Part shown: positions 1-11,699 of the stretch, piece after piece
Layout: every line of letters starts with the position of its first letter
Position numbering within the stretch: position 1 is the first letter of the stretch
NCBI GenBank assembly: GCA_036630325.1
Contig: CP142731.1
Location: 1,054,001 to 1,118,000, forward strand
DNA from: Vairimorpha necatrix
Lineage: Eukaryota
Reading direction: 5' to 3'
Length of the DNA: 64,000 nt
Notes under the pieces: model-generated
Databases searched by the model: none
What the model was told of the DNA's origin: nothing
The model's input: the letters and a program-made list of their open reading frames with translations, nothing else
Made by a program: the position numbers and the translations under genes

Positions 1-4
1 AGAG

Positions 5-2962
5 TTGGATGGAGTAGATGAGTCTCTATGGAAGGCAAGAATTTATGAAATGGGTTCGGAAGAAGTAAAGAACTTTATGGTAGAAAGAATTAAAAAAGAA
101 GATAGTTGGTCCTTAATTATTGAAGAAATGGAAAAGGAGGTTAGAAAAGACGAATTAAAAAAGAAGGAAGAAGAAGACAAAAGTAAGATGATGGAAATAA
201 TTGCAGAGTCGGTTAGAGGAACAGTTCGAGAGGAGCTGGCAAATAGAGGAGCATTAGGAAAAATAAGGGAAGAAACTTCGGGAGTAAGAAGTAGAGATTG
301 TTTTTACTGTGGTAGATTTAGGCACATGGCAAGAGATTGCTTCGTAAGGAAGAGGAAAGAAGAAGATAATAAAAATAAACATTTTAACAAGTATTTAATT
401 GTTCATGAAGAGAGTGGATCTACAAGCACAGAACTTAGCGCACAAGAATATAGGAAATGCGGAGAAGCAAAACGTAAACAAAATTCAAAAAGGAGAGGAA
501 TGAGAGAGGATAGAATAGAAGAGGGCCTTGTCATTGAAGATATAAAAGCGAAGTTTAGAGAAATTTTTGACTTGCAGCAGGAAGAGATCGTACACTGTAA
601 GATAGAGAAATGTAAAATTGAGACGCCACCAGGGAAAAAAGTAGTTAAAAGAGGACAAACTATCCCACAGGCGTTGATGGAAAAAACTGAAAAATATATA
701 AAAAGTTTGGAAGAAAGAAAGATTATAAGAAGATCAACATCCGAGTGGAGGAACCCAATTAGAGCTATAGTAAAACCTAACGGAGGAGTAAGGCTTGTAA
801 GTAATCTAATGAGTTTAAATGACTTAGTTGAAAAAGATCCGTATGAGTTGTCAAATATTAGGGACATCGTTAGAGCCACACAGGGGTCTAAATGGTTTAC
901 CGTTATAGATCTGAAGGAAGGCTTTTACCACGTAGAGATTGAAGAAGAGGATAAGCACAAAACGGCCTTTGAATTTAACAGAAAGGTATATGAATGGAAC
1001 AGTATGGTAATGGGATATAAAAATTCCCCGCAGATTTTACAACGAATAATGAACCAAATATTTGAAGATTTACAAGGAGAAGGAGTGGAGGTATATATGG
1101 ACGACATCGTTATACACGCTAGAACTAAAAGAAGGCATGACAAGCTAGTTATAGAAGCATTGGAAAGATTAAAAAGACATAAAATGAGATTGAATATTGA
1201 GAAGATACAGTTTAGCCAACAGTTAGTTAAGCTCTTAGGAGTCACATTGAATGGTACAGATATTGAAGCGAATGAAATAAAGAAGAACGAGGCGTTGGAA
1301 TTCCCGCAGCCGACAAGTGTAAGTGAAACACGAAGATTCCTAGGAATGACAGGATGGTTTAGGAACTTTATAAAGAATTACGCGGGATTAACTATTCATC
1401 TGACAGATAGCTTGAGAGGTAAAGATAAGAAGTGGGAATGGACGGTTGAAATGAATAGAGAGTTTTTAGAGCTGAAAGAAGTTTTGAGAGCGATGGGGAA
1501 ACTTAGATTGCCTGATTATAGGAAGGAATTTATATTGAGAACGGACGCGAGCAATGTAGGGATAGGAGCCGTGTTACTTCAGAAGAACGATAAAGATGAA
1601 TGGGTAGCAATCCAATGGAGTTCAAAAAAGTTAACACCTACAGAGACCAGATATACTATATCGGAGAAAGAAATGTACGCGGTATTTTGGGGGATAAAAA
1701 GATTTGAATACGAGTTGCGCGGTAGGAAGTTTAAAATCGAGACGGACCATAAAGCCTTGGTTGAGATTAGAAATAAACCGTGTTTTAATAACAATAGAAT
1801 AAATAGATGGATTGAAAAGATCCAGGAATTTGACTTCACCATAGAATATAAGAAACCAGAAGAAATGGTGGTGGCTGACGCGTTAAGCAGGATACATATG
1901 GAAGACGATGAAAAGAAAAAGAAAATCAGAGAAAGGACCGCCAAGCAGATAGAGGGTAAATGGAAAGCGCACGTCGATGACGCAGAAGGAAAAAAATATT
2001 GGAGATTTGATTCAGGACGGAAAGTCGAGATACCACCAGAAGAGTCGAGGGAAAGTTTGATGCAGGAATACCACGAAAAAGTTGGACATAGATGTATGAC
2101 AAGTGTATATTACGCGATGCGGGAAAGATTTTATTGGCCCGGAATAAAGAAAGACATAAATGAGACAATACGAAAGTGTGTACAATGTCAAATATATAAT
2201 AGAAAAAGACTCGGTGGATGTGAGTTTGTAGATACTACACGTTATTTAGAAAAGGTTGCTTTGGATCTCATTGATTTTAGAGACGCAGGTAAATACGTAT
2301 TGGTTGCGATAGATTATTACACTCGAAGAGTATGGGGCACGGTAATGGAGAACAAGACTGGAAAGAATGTGACAGAATTTTTAAGTAAGTTGTGTGAACA
2401 AGGAAAAAAGCCCGAAGAGATTATAACGGATAATGGGCGAGAATTTATCAATGAGGGGTTTAGAGAGTTGTGTAACAGACTAGAAATTAAACATAGGAAA
2501 GTAAGTGTCGAATCACACAGGAGTAATGGCAGAGTCGAGAGGGTTATAGGTACGCTGCGAGAGAGCATTCTGAAGACTAAAGAAGGTACATTTGCAGAGA
2601 AGGTCATGGGAAGCATTGAAAAATATAATATGAGTTACCACACGGCACTAAAATGTACACCAATAGAAGCGACAGAGGATAAAACTGGACATGTAATGAT
2701 TGAAAATAGCCCACAGGGGAAATATGGAAAACTGTTTAACAGGGGGAAACGGGAAAAATTTAAAGTAGGTGAGTACGTGAGAGTAGCTAAGAAGGAAAAC
2801 TTGAAAGGTGCGGATAAATATTCGAAAGGTAGGTTTTTAGAGAGTGGGAAAATTATAGAGAGATGTGGCAATGATTCTTATATAGTTAAGTTAGTAAATG
2901 GAAGATATGTAAAGAAAAGGCACTATGATCTAAAAAGTCTGCTTGGGTTAAGGATAAAGTGA
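5..2962 (+). CDS. Gag-Pol polyprotein, 5'-partial (zinc knuckle, RT, RNase H, integrase)
   Basis: CFYCGRFRHMARDC knuckle; RT motifs IDLKEGFYH and YMDD; RNase H TDAS...EKE...TDH...ADALSR; integrase HHCC (HEKVGH...CVQC) and DDE (LDLID, TDNGREF, NGRVER). RT-RH-IN order is Ty3/gypsy type. Confidence 0.96.
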   Translation: MDGVDESLWKARIYEMGSEEVKNFMVERIKKEDSWSLIIEEMEKEVRKDELKKKEEEDKSKMMEIIAESVRGTVREELANRGALGKIREETSGVRSRDCFYCGRFRHMARDCFVRKRKEEDNKNKHFNKYLIVHEESGSTSTELSAQEYRKCGEAKRKQNSKRRGMREDRIEEGLVIEDIKAKFREIFDLQQEEIVHCKIEKCKIETPPGKKVVKRGQTIPQALMEKTEKYIKSLEERKIIRRSTSEWRNPIRAIVKPNGGVRLVSNLMSLNDLVEKDPYELSNIRDIVRATQGSKWFTVIDLKEGFYHVEIEEEDKHKTAFEFNRKVYEWNSMVMGYKNSPQILQRIMNQIFEDLQGEGVEVYMDDIVIHARTKRRHDKLVIEALERLKRHKMRLNIEKIQFSQQLVKLLGVTLNGTDIEANEIKKNEALEFPQPTSVSETRRFLGMTGWFRNFIKNYAGLTIHLTDSLRGKDKKWEWTVEMNREFLELKEVLRAMGKLRLPDYRKEFILRTDASNVGIGAVLLQKNDKDEWVAIQWSSKKLTPTETRYTISEKEMYAVFWGIKRFEYELRGRKFKIETDHKALVEIRNKPCFNNNRINRWIEKIQEFDFTIEYKKPEEMVVADALSRIHMEDDEKKKKIRERTAKQIEGKWKAHVDDAEGKKYWRFDSGRKVEIPPEESRESLMQEYHEKVGHRCMTSVYYAMRERFYWPGIKKDINETIRKCVQCQIYNRKRLGGCEFVDTTRYLEKVALDLIDFRDAGKYVLVAIDYYTRRVWGTVMENKTGKNVTEFLSKLCEQGKKPEEIITDNGREFINEGFRELCNRLEIKHRKVSVESHRSNGRVERVIGTLRESILKTKEGTFAEKVMGSIEKYNMSYHTALKCTPIEATEDKTGHVMIENSPQGKYGKLFNRGKREKFKVGEYVRVAKKENLKGADKYSKGRFLESGKIIERCGNDSYIVKLVNGRYVKKRHYDLKSLLGLRIK

Positions 2963-2985
2963 GACTAACCGTCTTGGAGGGGGGA

Positions 2986-3033
2986 TGTTATATATTTTGA
3001 TAATTTTTACCCCCATTATGATAAATAAATACA
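2986..3033 (+). repeat. 3' LTR (48 bp)
   Basis: TGTTATATATTTTGATAATTTTTACCCCCATTATGATAAATAAATACA, directly after the PPT. Confidence 0.95.
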
Positions 3034-3217
3034 TAAAATAATTTTTGGGGGTTTTATAGAAAAAATCTCTTTTTTTTTCAAATACCAAGATTTTTTAATA
3101 TTAATTTTTATTGGAATATTTTTTATACGATTTTAACAGTAGAACCTTTTTAAGTAAACTTGTAAAAAATCTGTTCTAGATACATTTAATCTATAAAGCT
3201 AAAAAAATTTTTGTTTG

Positions 3218-4174
3218 CTAATTCAACTTTATTCCATATTGATTTCTAAGTATTTGAAGATCCGATATGATTGCCGAACAATAATAGCCAATTCTTTTCA
3301 ATCTCCCAAATATAAATTTCAATCTCTTTCTTATTAGTCTTAACGCATATGTTTCATCAAAAGCTAATTTATATCCACATCCTCTTTTAAAATTCAATGC
3401 GAAAATATCAAACTTCGTGATTATTTTGTATTGTTTATCTAAAATTTCAAGTCTTTCATATAATTTGACGTATATTGACATTAATATATGACTCGTGTAT
3501 TTGTAACGTTGTTGGTTAGGCAACATATCATTTATATAATCAATACAAAGTTTAAAAAGATTAAATTGCACACATAACGATTTCTTAGACTTTCTTTTAT
3601 CAGGAAAATTATTTATGACATTATTAATTTTATCCAAGTTTACAAACAATTCATATTTAAACCGGAAAAAAATGTCAGTAATCACATGTCGATTTTTAAG
3701 ATATCTTTTTAGTATTTTTGATGAACCATCGCAAATTAGTTTCATGACATGCAATTTAATTTGTTTATCTTCTAAATCCCAGTTACCAATTTGAACCTGA
3801 AGTTTCTCCAATACAGATTCCCATTCTGTTTTTATTGTCTCTTTTTTTTTAATATTTTTGTCATGATTTGATTTCTCATTCTGTATTTTCGTATTCTCAC
3901 ATACGCGTTTAGGGCTAGTGATAGAATAATCTTTTGTATGAGCAATTACAGATTTCAAACGACAACTCTGTGTTGATGCCGACACATTATTAGAATTTGG
4001 TATATTACAAGATAATTTTCTTTTTTTAAAAGGAAGTGTTTGTTCATCTGGATTTGCAATAGGTATTGTTTGTTTTTTGTTAAATTGTAATGACAGATCA
4101 ACTTGTAATGGATTTGATTCATATGATTTATTTATAATTTCAGCGCATGTTACTAAAAAAAGGTATACAAGCAT
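3218..4174 (-). CDS. Putative secreted protein, family A paralog 1 (318 aa)
   Basis: Short hydrophobic N-terminus, LPFKKRK at residue 47, shared W...I..W..ED and FKLCIDYI...YERL blocks; AACCCTATT before the ATG. Confidence 0.88.
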   Translation of the reverse strand: MLVYLFLVTCAEIINKSYESNPLQVDLSLQFNKKQTIPIANPDEQTLPFKKRKLSCNIPNSNNVSASTQSCRLKSVIAHTKDYSITSPKRVCENTKIQNEKSNHDKNIKKKETIKTEWESVLEKLQVQIGNWDLEDKQIKLHVMKLICDGSSKILKRYLKNRHVITDIFFRFKYELFVNLDKINNVINNFPDKRKSKKSLCVQFNLFKLCIDYINDMLPNQQRYKYTSHILMSIYVKLYERLEILDKQYKIITKFDIFALNFKRGCGYKLAFDETYALRLIRKRLKFIFGRLKRIGYYCSAIISDLQILRNQYGIKLN

Positions 4175-4729
4175 AATAGGGTTAATAATATTTTATATAT
4201 TAAAAATAATGAATATGTTTAATTATATTATAAAATTAAATAACATCTTTTCAAAAAGTCAAAATATACATGGTCGATTTTTTTTTGAATGTCAAAACAT
4301 AGAACTCTAAAACTAACTTTTTAGAATCTGTCCTTTACCATATGTATTTAGTAAGGGAATTGGATAAATTCAGCCCTCATTGAAATTTTATACGTCGATT
4401 TAAGGCAAACACAATTTAAAATGTGCAATTTATACATATTGCACTATAAAATTTATTTAGAACTATATTTAATATTCTTATATTAAAACACATTTATTTC
4501 TTTACGTAAATCATTATTCCATCTTAAGTTAAAATTACAATTTAAACACGTATCCCTTCATGTACATTCTTTTTGATTGTTAGTAAAATAATTTTTTAAA
4601 CTTTATATAGTAAAAATAAAATAATTAAATACTTATACAAGTACAATCGTTCTATTTTCATATGTTTTGATATTTATTTAAAACTCACAAATACAATTAA
4701 ACTATTGAAACTATTATCGGAGTTATTTC

Positions 4730-5800
4730 CTTCAATTTATCTCCACTGCCTCGAACTCGAGCTGGTCACATTACCTTCGCGCTAACTCTACTATCTTTTT
4801 GGTTAGATCCTACCTCGGCGAGTCCCTGCCGGTGTACAAGGATATCTTTTCTGTCTTCTTTATAATTCTCATTTGGATGTAAGCTTCAGTACTAGACGAC
4901 AGGCTTATGGCATTGACACAATTGCTGTGGTATTTTTTCATAATTCCGTCCTATGTCACGATTTATGGTATTATTTAACCATTGCTTTGTACATTAGGCC
5001 TAATTCAATGCTAAGATATCGTACTTTCTGTAAATTATATTGGAAAGTTTTCCTATTCGATTAGTGTTATTTTTTTCTTGCCAGTACATAAATATCAGCT
5101 TATTAAATTGTATCTTTTTATCAGTGTTGATCCTTGTGCCTACTAGAATTTCTGCGTTATCATTAGCTATTATTTATTGCACGCTGTGGTTTCGTATTTT
5201 CTTAGATGATTTTAGTCCATACTTTTTAGACATAGTTGGATGAGAATGCATCTAACTGCTTCATTATGCCTTATAGTATAATTATATTATAGCATATGAT
5301 CACATCTTGTTGGTAGGTTATCTACCGTCTTTCCCTTTTTACAATAACAATTCAATGATTCTCCAAGAAGAATATTTCTGTCTTTCACAAAGCATAAAGC
5401 CCCCTCTTCTGTTGCTCTAGTATTTCCTCTTCTTAACCATAGAGAACTTTCCTTTAAAAACACATTAAGATTTAAATTTTCAATTAATCTCTTATGGTAT
5501 ATTTCGTTTTCATTATCGTCATTCTGTCTGCTTTTTTGGTTTTCGTATAACATTTTCGCATCGATTACTTGGTCTTTTAATTCCACTTTTCCTTAAGATA
5601 GGGCAGCCATTTTATATAATGATTTATTTATTTTACTTTATAGAAAACATTTTTGGTATTGTTTTGTTACATTATTTTCTGCATCTTTTTTAAAATATAA
5701 TTAATCTACTAAAAAAATTTGAACGATGAGATTAATTTTTTCTGAACATTTGAACATAGCATAATCTCGATACTTCGATCATATGATTTCTGCAACCTTC
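4730..5800 (-). mobile_element. Decayed 3' fragment of an RLE-type non-LTR retrotransposon
   Basis: Broken frames give WLRRGN...DRNI...C.C...TVD...CDHML, RKYDILA and IIP..T.DG, matching the other non-LTR pieces. Boundaries approximate. Confidence 0.8.
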
Positions 5801-6631
5801 CTTACTAACTGTAAAAAATTTAAATTTCACTGGGTTATTGATCTAAGTATATTTACTAAAAATACTGTAAAATTGAAATATATTACATTTATAAACTTAA
5901 TTATGTTCTAAGTTACACTCATAGCGTCTTTAAAATCTTATAGTCTATACATAAAGACTTCATAATCTTCTTATCCTCGGGTTCATCAGACGTTCAAAAT
6001 ATCCATTTTTCTCACTAAGATATCAATTTTAAAATATTCTTGTTTCTTTTGATTCATAAATTTTTTTTCAAAAAATTATTTAACTTTTATAGCAAATATT
6101 TTGTACTGTAAATTTTGTAAAAAATCGCGGAAAACACAAGCGAAGACAAATCTAGAAAACTAGATTATCATCGTGAAACAGCTTTAACATCTTTTAATTT
6201 TAATTATATCCCATGAAATCGACTTTGTTTTCCGAACATTTTTTTGATATAAAAAAATACTATATGATTATAAATTAAAAGACAGTTCTAAAAATTTTAA
6301 ATTCCCCGAATTTGCCATATATACTTCATTATTTGTGTTATTTATTTGTCAAATGATACAATTAGTTACAACCGTCATAGTTATTCATTTATATGCACAT
6401 TGTCATCATTAATATTATTATATATAAGTACGCACTATAATTAAAAATAAATTTTTACGAAAATAGAGAAACCCCTTACATTAATTTACTTTGTTTTTTA
6501 ACATCTAAATGAGCAATATTTCGTCTCTTTTTAGACCCTATTTTAAATTTAATTATAAAATAGTTACTAATCGGAAAAGTTAATTTGAGGCATGACTTTG
6601 CTCTTCAATGCTCCAATTTAAAAACAATACT

Positions 6632-8414
6632 TGTCGCAGTTAGTAGAGGGAACCCTAAAAAAGAGCTCTGTGGGGATCGAACCCAGGACCTCTCGAAGAA
6701 AAACAAAATTTACTAAAAAAGGAAAAAAAATATTATTAAGAAAATACAGTAACATTATCCTTCAATTTTTAGTAAATAATTTTTTGTTTTGTGGGGTTAT
6801 GAGAATAAAAATGGACAATGATAAAAGACAAGAAGTTTATAATTTTTTATTATATGATCAGCTGCCACCAACGTTGTTGGACAAAGTTGATCGTAAAAAT
6901 TTTAAAAGAAAAGCTAAACGTTTCATGTTGTTTGAAGAAAACAACAATGGAAGTTTTGAACTAACTGTGAGGTTTAAAGTAGATCAATATAGATCATTGA
7001 GATTCTTTACAACCAATGAGCAGCGTTTCAAACTGGATTTCATCAAACTGATTCATGTTTCTAATGGACATCCTGGGCGTGACAGATTGTATCCATTGTT
7101 ACAATCAAAAGTATACGACGTTACTCAAAACGAAGTACTGAGAGTTTTGAAAAGTTGTGATATTTGTCAAGCAAGAAGAAACCTAATAACTAGGCCAGTT
7201 ATTAGACCAATCATTTCAAAATATCCTAGAGAAAGGTATATTGCTGATTTGATTGACCTTCGATTGTATCACGAACTCAATGATGGGTATAAATGGTTAC
7301 TTAACGTAGTGGATTCATTTACCAAGTTCTGTTGGACGGTTCCATTGCGTGACAAAACTGGCATTAGTGTGCGTGATGCCTTTGAAACACTATTCAATAC
7401 GTTTGGATCTTGTTTTATACTTCATACCGACAACGGTAGAGAATTTGTTAATCAATATATCGTGAATTTATGTGAAAAGTATGAAATAAGACATGTAAGA
7501 GGATGAGCTAGATGTCCTTGGATACAAGGACAGATAGAACGATGCAATCAAACAATAAAATGGATGATTGCATCTACTCTGAGGTCGAAGAATATCTTAG
7601 GGCAATGGTCCATAGTACGCCAAGAAGTTACCTTCGCATATAACAACTTAAGGCATTCAACAACTAAACAAACTCCATTCAGTTTAATGTTTGGTAAGCC
7701 CATTAAAGACATAATGCAAGAATCTAGAATCACTGATATAATAGATTCGGTTGCAAATAACAACGAAGTTGAAAATGAGGAAGAAGAACGAAGAGAAGAA
7801 TTTGTTTTTGAAGAAAATAACGTCGTAAATTACGAAGAACTATATGCTTTAAACAATGAAAATCTTTTTTTAAATGAAATTTACCACGAATCTGCACGGT
7901 TTAATACTCAAAATGCTGCTAATAGAATGATTGAAAGAAGTATGTGGAGAAATGACTTTTATGAATATAAATTGGGAGATAGGGTTCTTATAAGACCATA
8001 TTTAGACAATAATCAAAGTACTAGAAGGCTTCCTCTATACGAACATTTGGATGTCGATGTATATATTGTAATGGATATACTTCAATTTAATAAAGTAAAG
8101 TTATCTAAAGAAGCTGATCCATTGGTTATTATAGAAGAAATTTACACTAGAGATCTAAGATTGCTTGATAACGAATAAATTTTTTAAAAAAGTTGATTAT
8201 TTTATTTTTTAATTTCTTTTCCCTCCAAATTTATATAAAATTACTCGAAATATACCCCATATTATAATTAGGACAAATTTAGAACCGTCTCAAAAAAGTC
8301 GTTCATTGTGATTGTATTCCTTCGAGAAGTCCCAAGTTCGATTCCCACGGGGTCTTTTTTATAAATTTTTTTAGGGCTCCCTCTACTAACTGGTTCCACC
8401 AACTAACTGTGACA
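6632..8414 (+). mobile_element. Ginger/KRBA2-like integrase DNA transposon
   Basis: TGTC...GACA termini, imperfect TIRs of about 70-100 bp, 5-bp TSD ATACT (6627-6631 and 8415-8419), single integrase gene and no RT. Confidence 0.9.
6799..8178 (+). pseudogene. Gypsy-like DDE integrase/transposase with one in-frame TGA (7504-7506)
   Basis: ORFs 6631-7506 and 7564-8178 are in the same frame. HVSNGHPG...CDIC, ADLID, HTDNGREF, HVRG*ARCPWIQGQIER. Likely start is ATG 6799 after GGGGTT. Confidence 0.88.
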
Positions 8415-9511
8415 ATACTTTCTATAGATTAAAATTTTAAATTTAAAGTAAATGGGTTCTAGCTATAAATTTTTTTAGAAAATAGTGAATTGCATCAAAT
8501 ACAACAAAAATACCTTCAACTATATCAAATACAATGTTTCTTTGGTGCATATCCTTTGGAACTTGCATTGGGAAAATGAACGCGCAATGAAAATAAAAAA
8601 GGGAAAAATGAATTTTTTTAAAAAAAAGAGACTTAAGAATTTAATTTGAATAAAAAAAGAAGATAATTTATACGTCGATTTTTTTTGGTATTGTTAAGAC
8701 CAGAGGAAATGTAAAAGGCACTTATAGAGTTCGTCCTGGTTTTTTATTGTTTATACCAAATATCTCTCTTGGAAAGAAACTATAATCTTACAATTTGTTT
8801 GGTATTGTGTCTCTAAATCGTTAAAGTCTACGAAATTGAATGAGTGATTAACAATCCTGTGCTTCATCCCTGCGATTTATCTATACGTAATCACATGCTC
8901 TTCTAGGTCAGTAATGCAATAGAACTATCTAATACATTATCTTGTATTACCCCATGAAGTATATCCGCATTTCTACTATCCACAGGACAAGTAAGCCACA
9001 CGCTATTCTGCATGAGTAAATATTTTTGTTACCAAAGGAGAGCTGGTTATTGAAGAAGGCTTTTTATTAGAAGAAGAACTATATTTATTTGGCATATTTC
9101 TTATATAGTTTTAGTTTCGGATCTGAAACAAGTATGTTTCAGATCATTATCATTTGTTTCATCTTTCAGTTTTAGTCTAATTATTGGTGAGTGAAACACG
9201 GCCGGTAACAAATTTTAAAATAAAATTTAATTTTATTTTCATATTCAAAAAAATTGTTCTTGATAATTTTGTCGTTTTTATATAAAGGGTCTTTTCAAAT
9301 TTTCATTACGGGTTACAAACAGCCATGCATCTTCTCTTTGTAAAATAGAGATTGACAAGGATATACCCTATCTTTAATTGCTGTATACAAAAATAGGGTA
9401 TAAGTGGGTAAAAATACTTACGTTTAAAAAAACACAAGCAGATAAAAAAACTAAAGACATATATCGTATTATTTTAAATATAATTTTCTAATATGGTAAC
9501 TTGAATACTAT

Positions 9512-10468
9512 TTATTTTGACCAATAATGATTTTTTTCATTTTCTGTTCTTACATCTTCAAGATTTGACACGATTATTTTACAATCTTTTCTGAGTTTCT
9601 TCAAATACCGATATAAACTTTTTATTTTTATTTCTATCTTTCTTAATGGCTTTATTTCATGATTTTGCGATGAGTTAATACATCTCATTTGCAATATATT
9701 ATTCAAAATTCCAATCTTTTTGATTAAATTAAATTCTGTATATAAGAAGTCGAGTCGTTCATACATTTTTCCGTAAATTGAAATTAAAAATGAAGTATGA
9801 TATAGGTATTGTACTTTGGTAGATGACGCCATATTTGATATGTAGTCAATGCAAAGTTTAAAAAAATGAATTTGGTCGTATAACAATTTTTCTTCTTTTT
9901 TTATATTTTGTTGGTTTTCTATAAAATTCTTGATTTCAATGTATTCATCCTCTGATTTAATATTAAATTTATGAAAATACCCTGCAATTTTTATTCTGGT
10001 TGATTTATAAATAGCTAGTTCCTTTGGTACAGTGGCATTAACAATTTTAAAATTGTCCCTTTTTACCTTTCCGTCTTCATCATTCCATTCTTTAATTTTT
10101 CTTTCTAATGTCTGAACTAACAATTTCCAATCATCACCAGTCCTCGGATTTTTTTCATTATCATTATTTATATTTTGACTTGTGTCTTTACACTTTACTT
10201 TTATATTCTCACAATCTCTTTCGGAAAAATTATCTTTAGTGTCATTATTTTCTAAAAATATTGGTTTTGAATGACAACTTTCTGTTGTCTTCCAGAAAAC
10301 ATATAATCCCTTTCTTTTTTTAAATGGTAGATTTTTATCATCCATTAATGTGTATGTTGACGTTCTCTTTTGATTATATTGTGCCAAACTATCTGATTGC
10401 GCAATTTGTGATTCGTCTGTTTGATTAAAAGATTTGGTACATATCGTTAAAAAGATATATTGAAACAT
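9512..10468 (-). CDS. Putative secreted protein, family A paralog 2 (318 aa)
   Basis: Signal-like MFQYIFLTIC, LPFKKRK at residue 47, AAATTTGCACCCCTAAT before the ATG, AATAAA overlapping the stop. Confidence 0.9.
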   Translation of the reverse strand: MFQYIFLTICTKSFNQTDESQIAQSDSLAQYNQKRTSTYTLMDDKNLPFKKRKGLYVFWKTTESCHSKPIFLENNDTKDNFSERDCENIKVKCKDTSQNINNDNEKNPRTGDDWKLLVQTLERKIKEWNDEDGKVKRDNFKIVNATVPKELAIYKSTRIKIAGYFHKFNIKSEDEYIEIKNFIENQQNIKKEEKLLYDQIHFFKLCIDYISNMASSTKVQYLYHTSFLISIYGKMYERLDFLYTEFNLIKKIGILNNILQMRCINSSQNHEIKPLRKIEIKIKSLYRYLKKLRKDCKIIVSNLEDVRTENEKNHYWSK

Positions 10469-10598
10469 ATTAGGGGTGCAAATTTTTTATATAGTATTTA
10501 TCAAAAGAATTTTTTGAAAAGCAAAAATTTTACAAAACTGCTTTTATGTTAAATATACGTGTTTGAATAACAACTATAAAAATTAAAAAACGTCCATA

Positions 10599-10759
10599 TG
10601 TCAAATCTCAAACAATGTATGTCAAATATCTCACACAATGTATGTCAAATCTCGTGCAAATCAGGCCAAATATCTTGTTCGCGCATGTCAATATCAAGTG
10701 CGCTCGTGTCAAATCTAGGCTTACAAAGTAACAAAAGAATATTTATAAGTATGTCAAGT
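10599..10759. promoter_or_regulatory. Phased TGTCAAAT motif array upstream of paralog 2
   Basis: Sites at 10599, 10620, 10643, 10664 (GGCCAAAT), 10686, 10707 and 10752; spacing 21-23 bp, last gap 45 bp. Confidence 0.6.
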
Positions 10760-11699
10760 ATTAAGATAGTATCATTTGAAAAAATTATTGTTATATATTC
10801 CGATTTTATATATATAAAAATAAACTTGTAAAAGGTGAAGGGAAACATAAGATGAAAGAAGAAACACCATTGAAAGTCAGTGTAAAGGCCAACAATAAAT
10901 ATTAAAATAACGCTAAAACATTAATTTAGTAGAAATTTTTATTTCAAGAATAGCAACTCCAACGATACAGGACATTATGTTTGTAAATTATCGATAAATT
11001 TTTAATATAACCCTTAAAAAATTTTAAATCGCATACTATCTAAAGCTTTAGTGGGTTTAATGAAAAAAACTCATTGTATGCAATGGTTTTATTTTTTGAT
11101 CCTCCTTTTTTAAATAAAGTAAAAGGAGAAAGTACTTTTTTTACCAAATACAGAACAATTTTTTATAAATGATAAGACTCAACGCTCTCAGCCCTTACCT
11201 TCCCTATTTTTTTGTGTACTAAATCTGGTCTCAGACCGTAAAGTGGGGAAATGTTTTTACGAAGCATATACCCAGAAGTCAGAATTTTAAAAATTTCTTT
11301 TAAATCCATCAAAATTGTTTTGGTTTTTAGATGATTTTTTACAAAAACTTGCATCCTTATGGTATACTTTGACTGATCGACAATAGGTCAAAAATTCAGG
11401 AACCCTATGAGGTAATATATTGGCTAGTGAGCGAAGCTTAAAAAAACGATAGAATTACTAATTATCTCCCTACAATATTATTGACACGAGACAATTCGTT
11501 CAAGGTTGGCACGGGGGGAGTTTGGAAAAAAGACGGGGTATGGAACATCAACTGGGCTTTTAAAACTTTATTTTCTGATCCCGAATACATATGCATAATA
11601 TTTTGTATGTTCTACATTCATTGACTTTATAATAATCAGCACTAAATTTAACCAAAAATTTCTGACCAGCCTCCATCTCTCAGGACTAAAAAAAAATTT

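Larger units (their letters stand above)
1..3033 (+). mobile_element. Ty3/gypsy LTR retrotransposon, copy 1 (5' end outside the window)
   Basis: Gag-pol ORF, polypurine tract GGAGGGGGGA at 2976-2985, then a 48-bp TG...CA LTR at 2986-3033 identical to both LTRs of the copy at 54860-58034. Confidence 0.97.

Noticed and set aside
403..2871. Antisense ORFs inside the gypsy pol (and mirrors at 55022-57639)
   Set aside because: Shadow ORFs of a purine-rich coding strand; shared only because the copies are near-identical.
7504..7506. Programmed readthrough or selenocysteine at the integrase TGA
   Set aside because: The position corresponds to the Arg of the GR.R.P motif; a CGA/AGA-to-TGA mutation or a sequencing error is simpler.
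10599..10759. CRISPR-like repeat/spacer appearance
   Set aside because: Repeats of 8 bp and spacers of ~13 bp are far too short; eukaryotic context and no cas genes.
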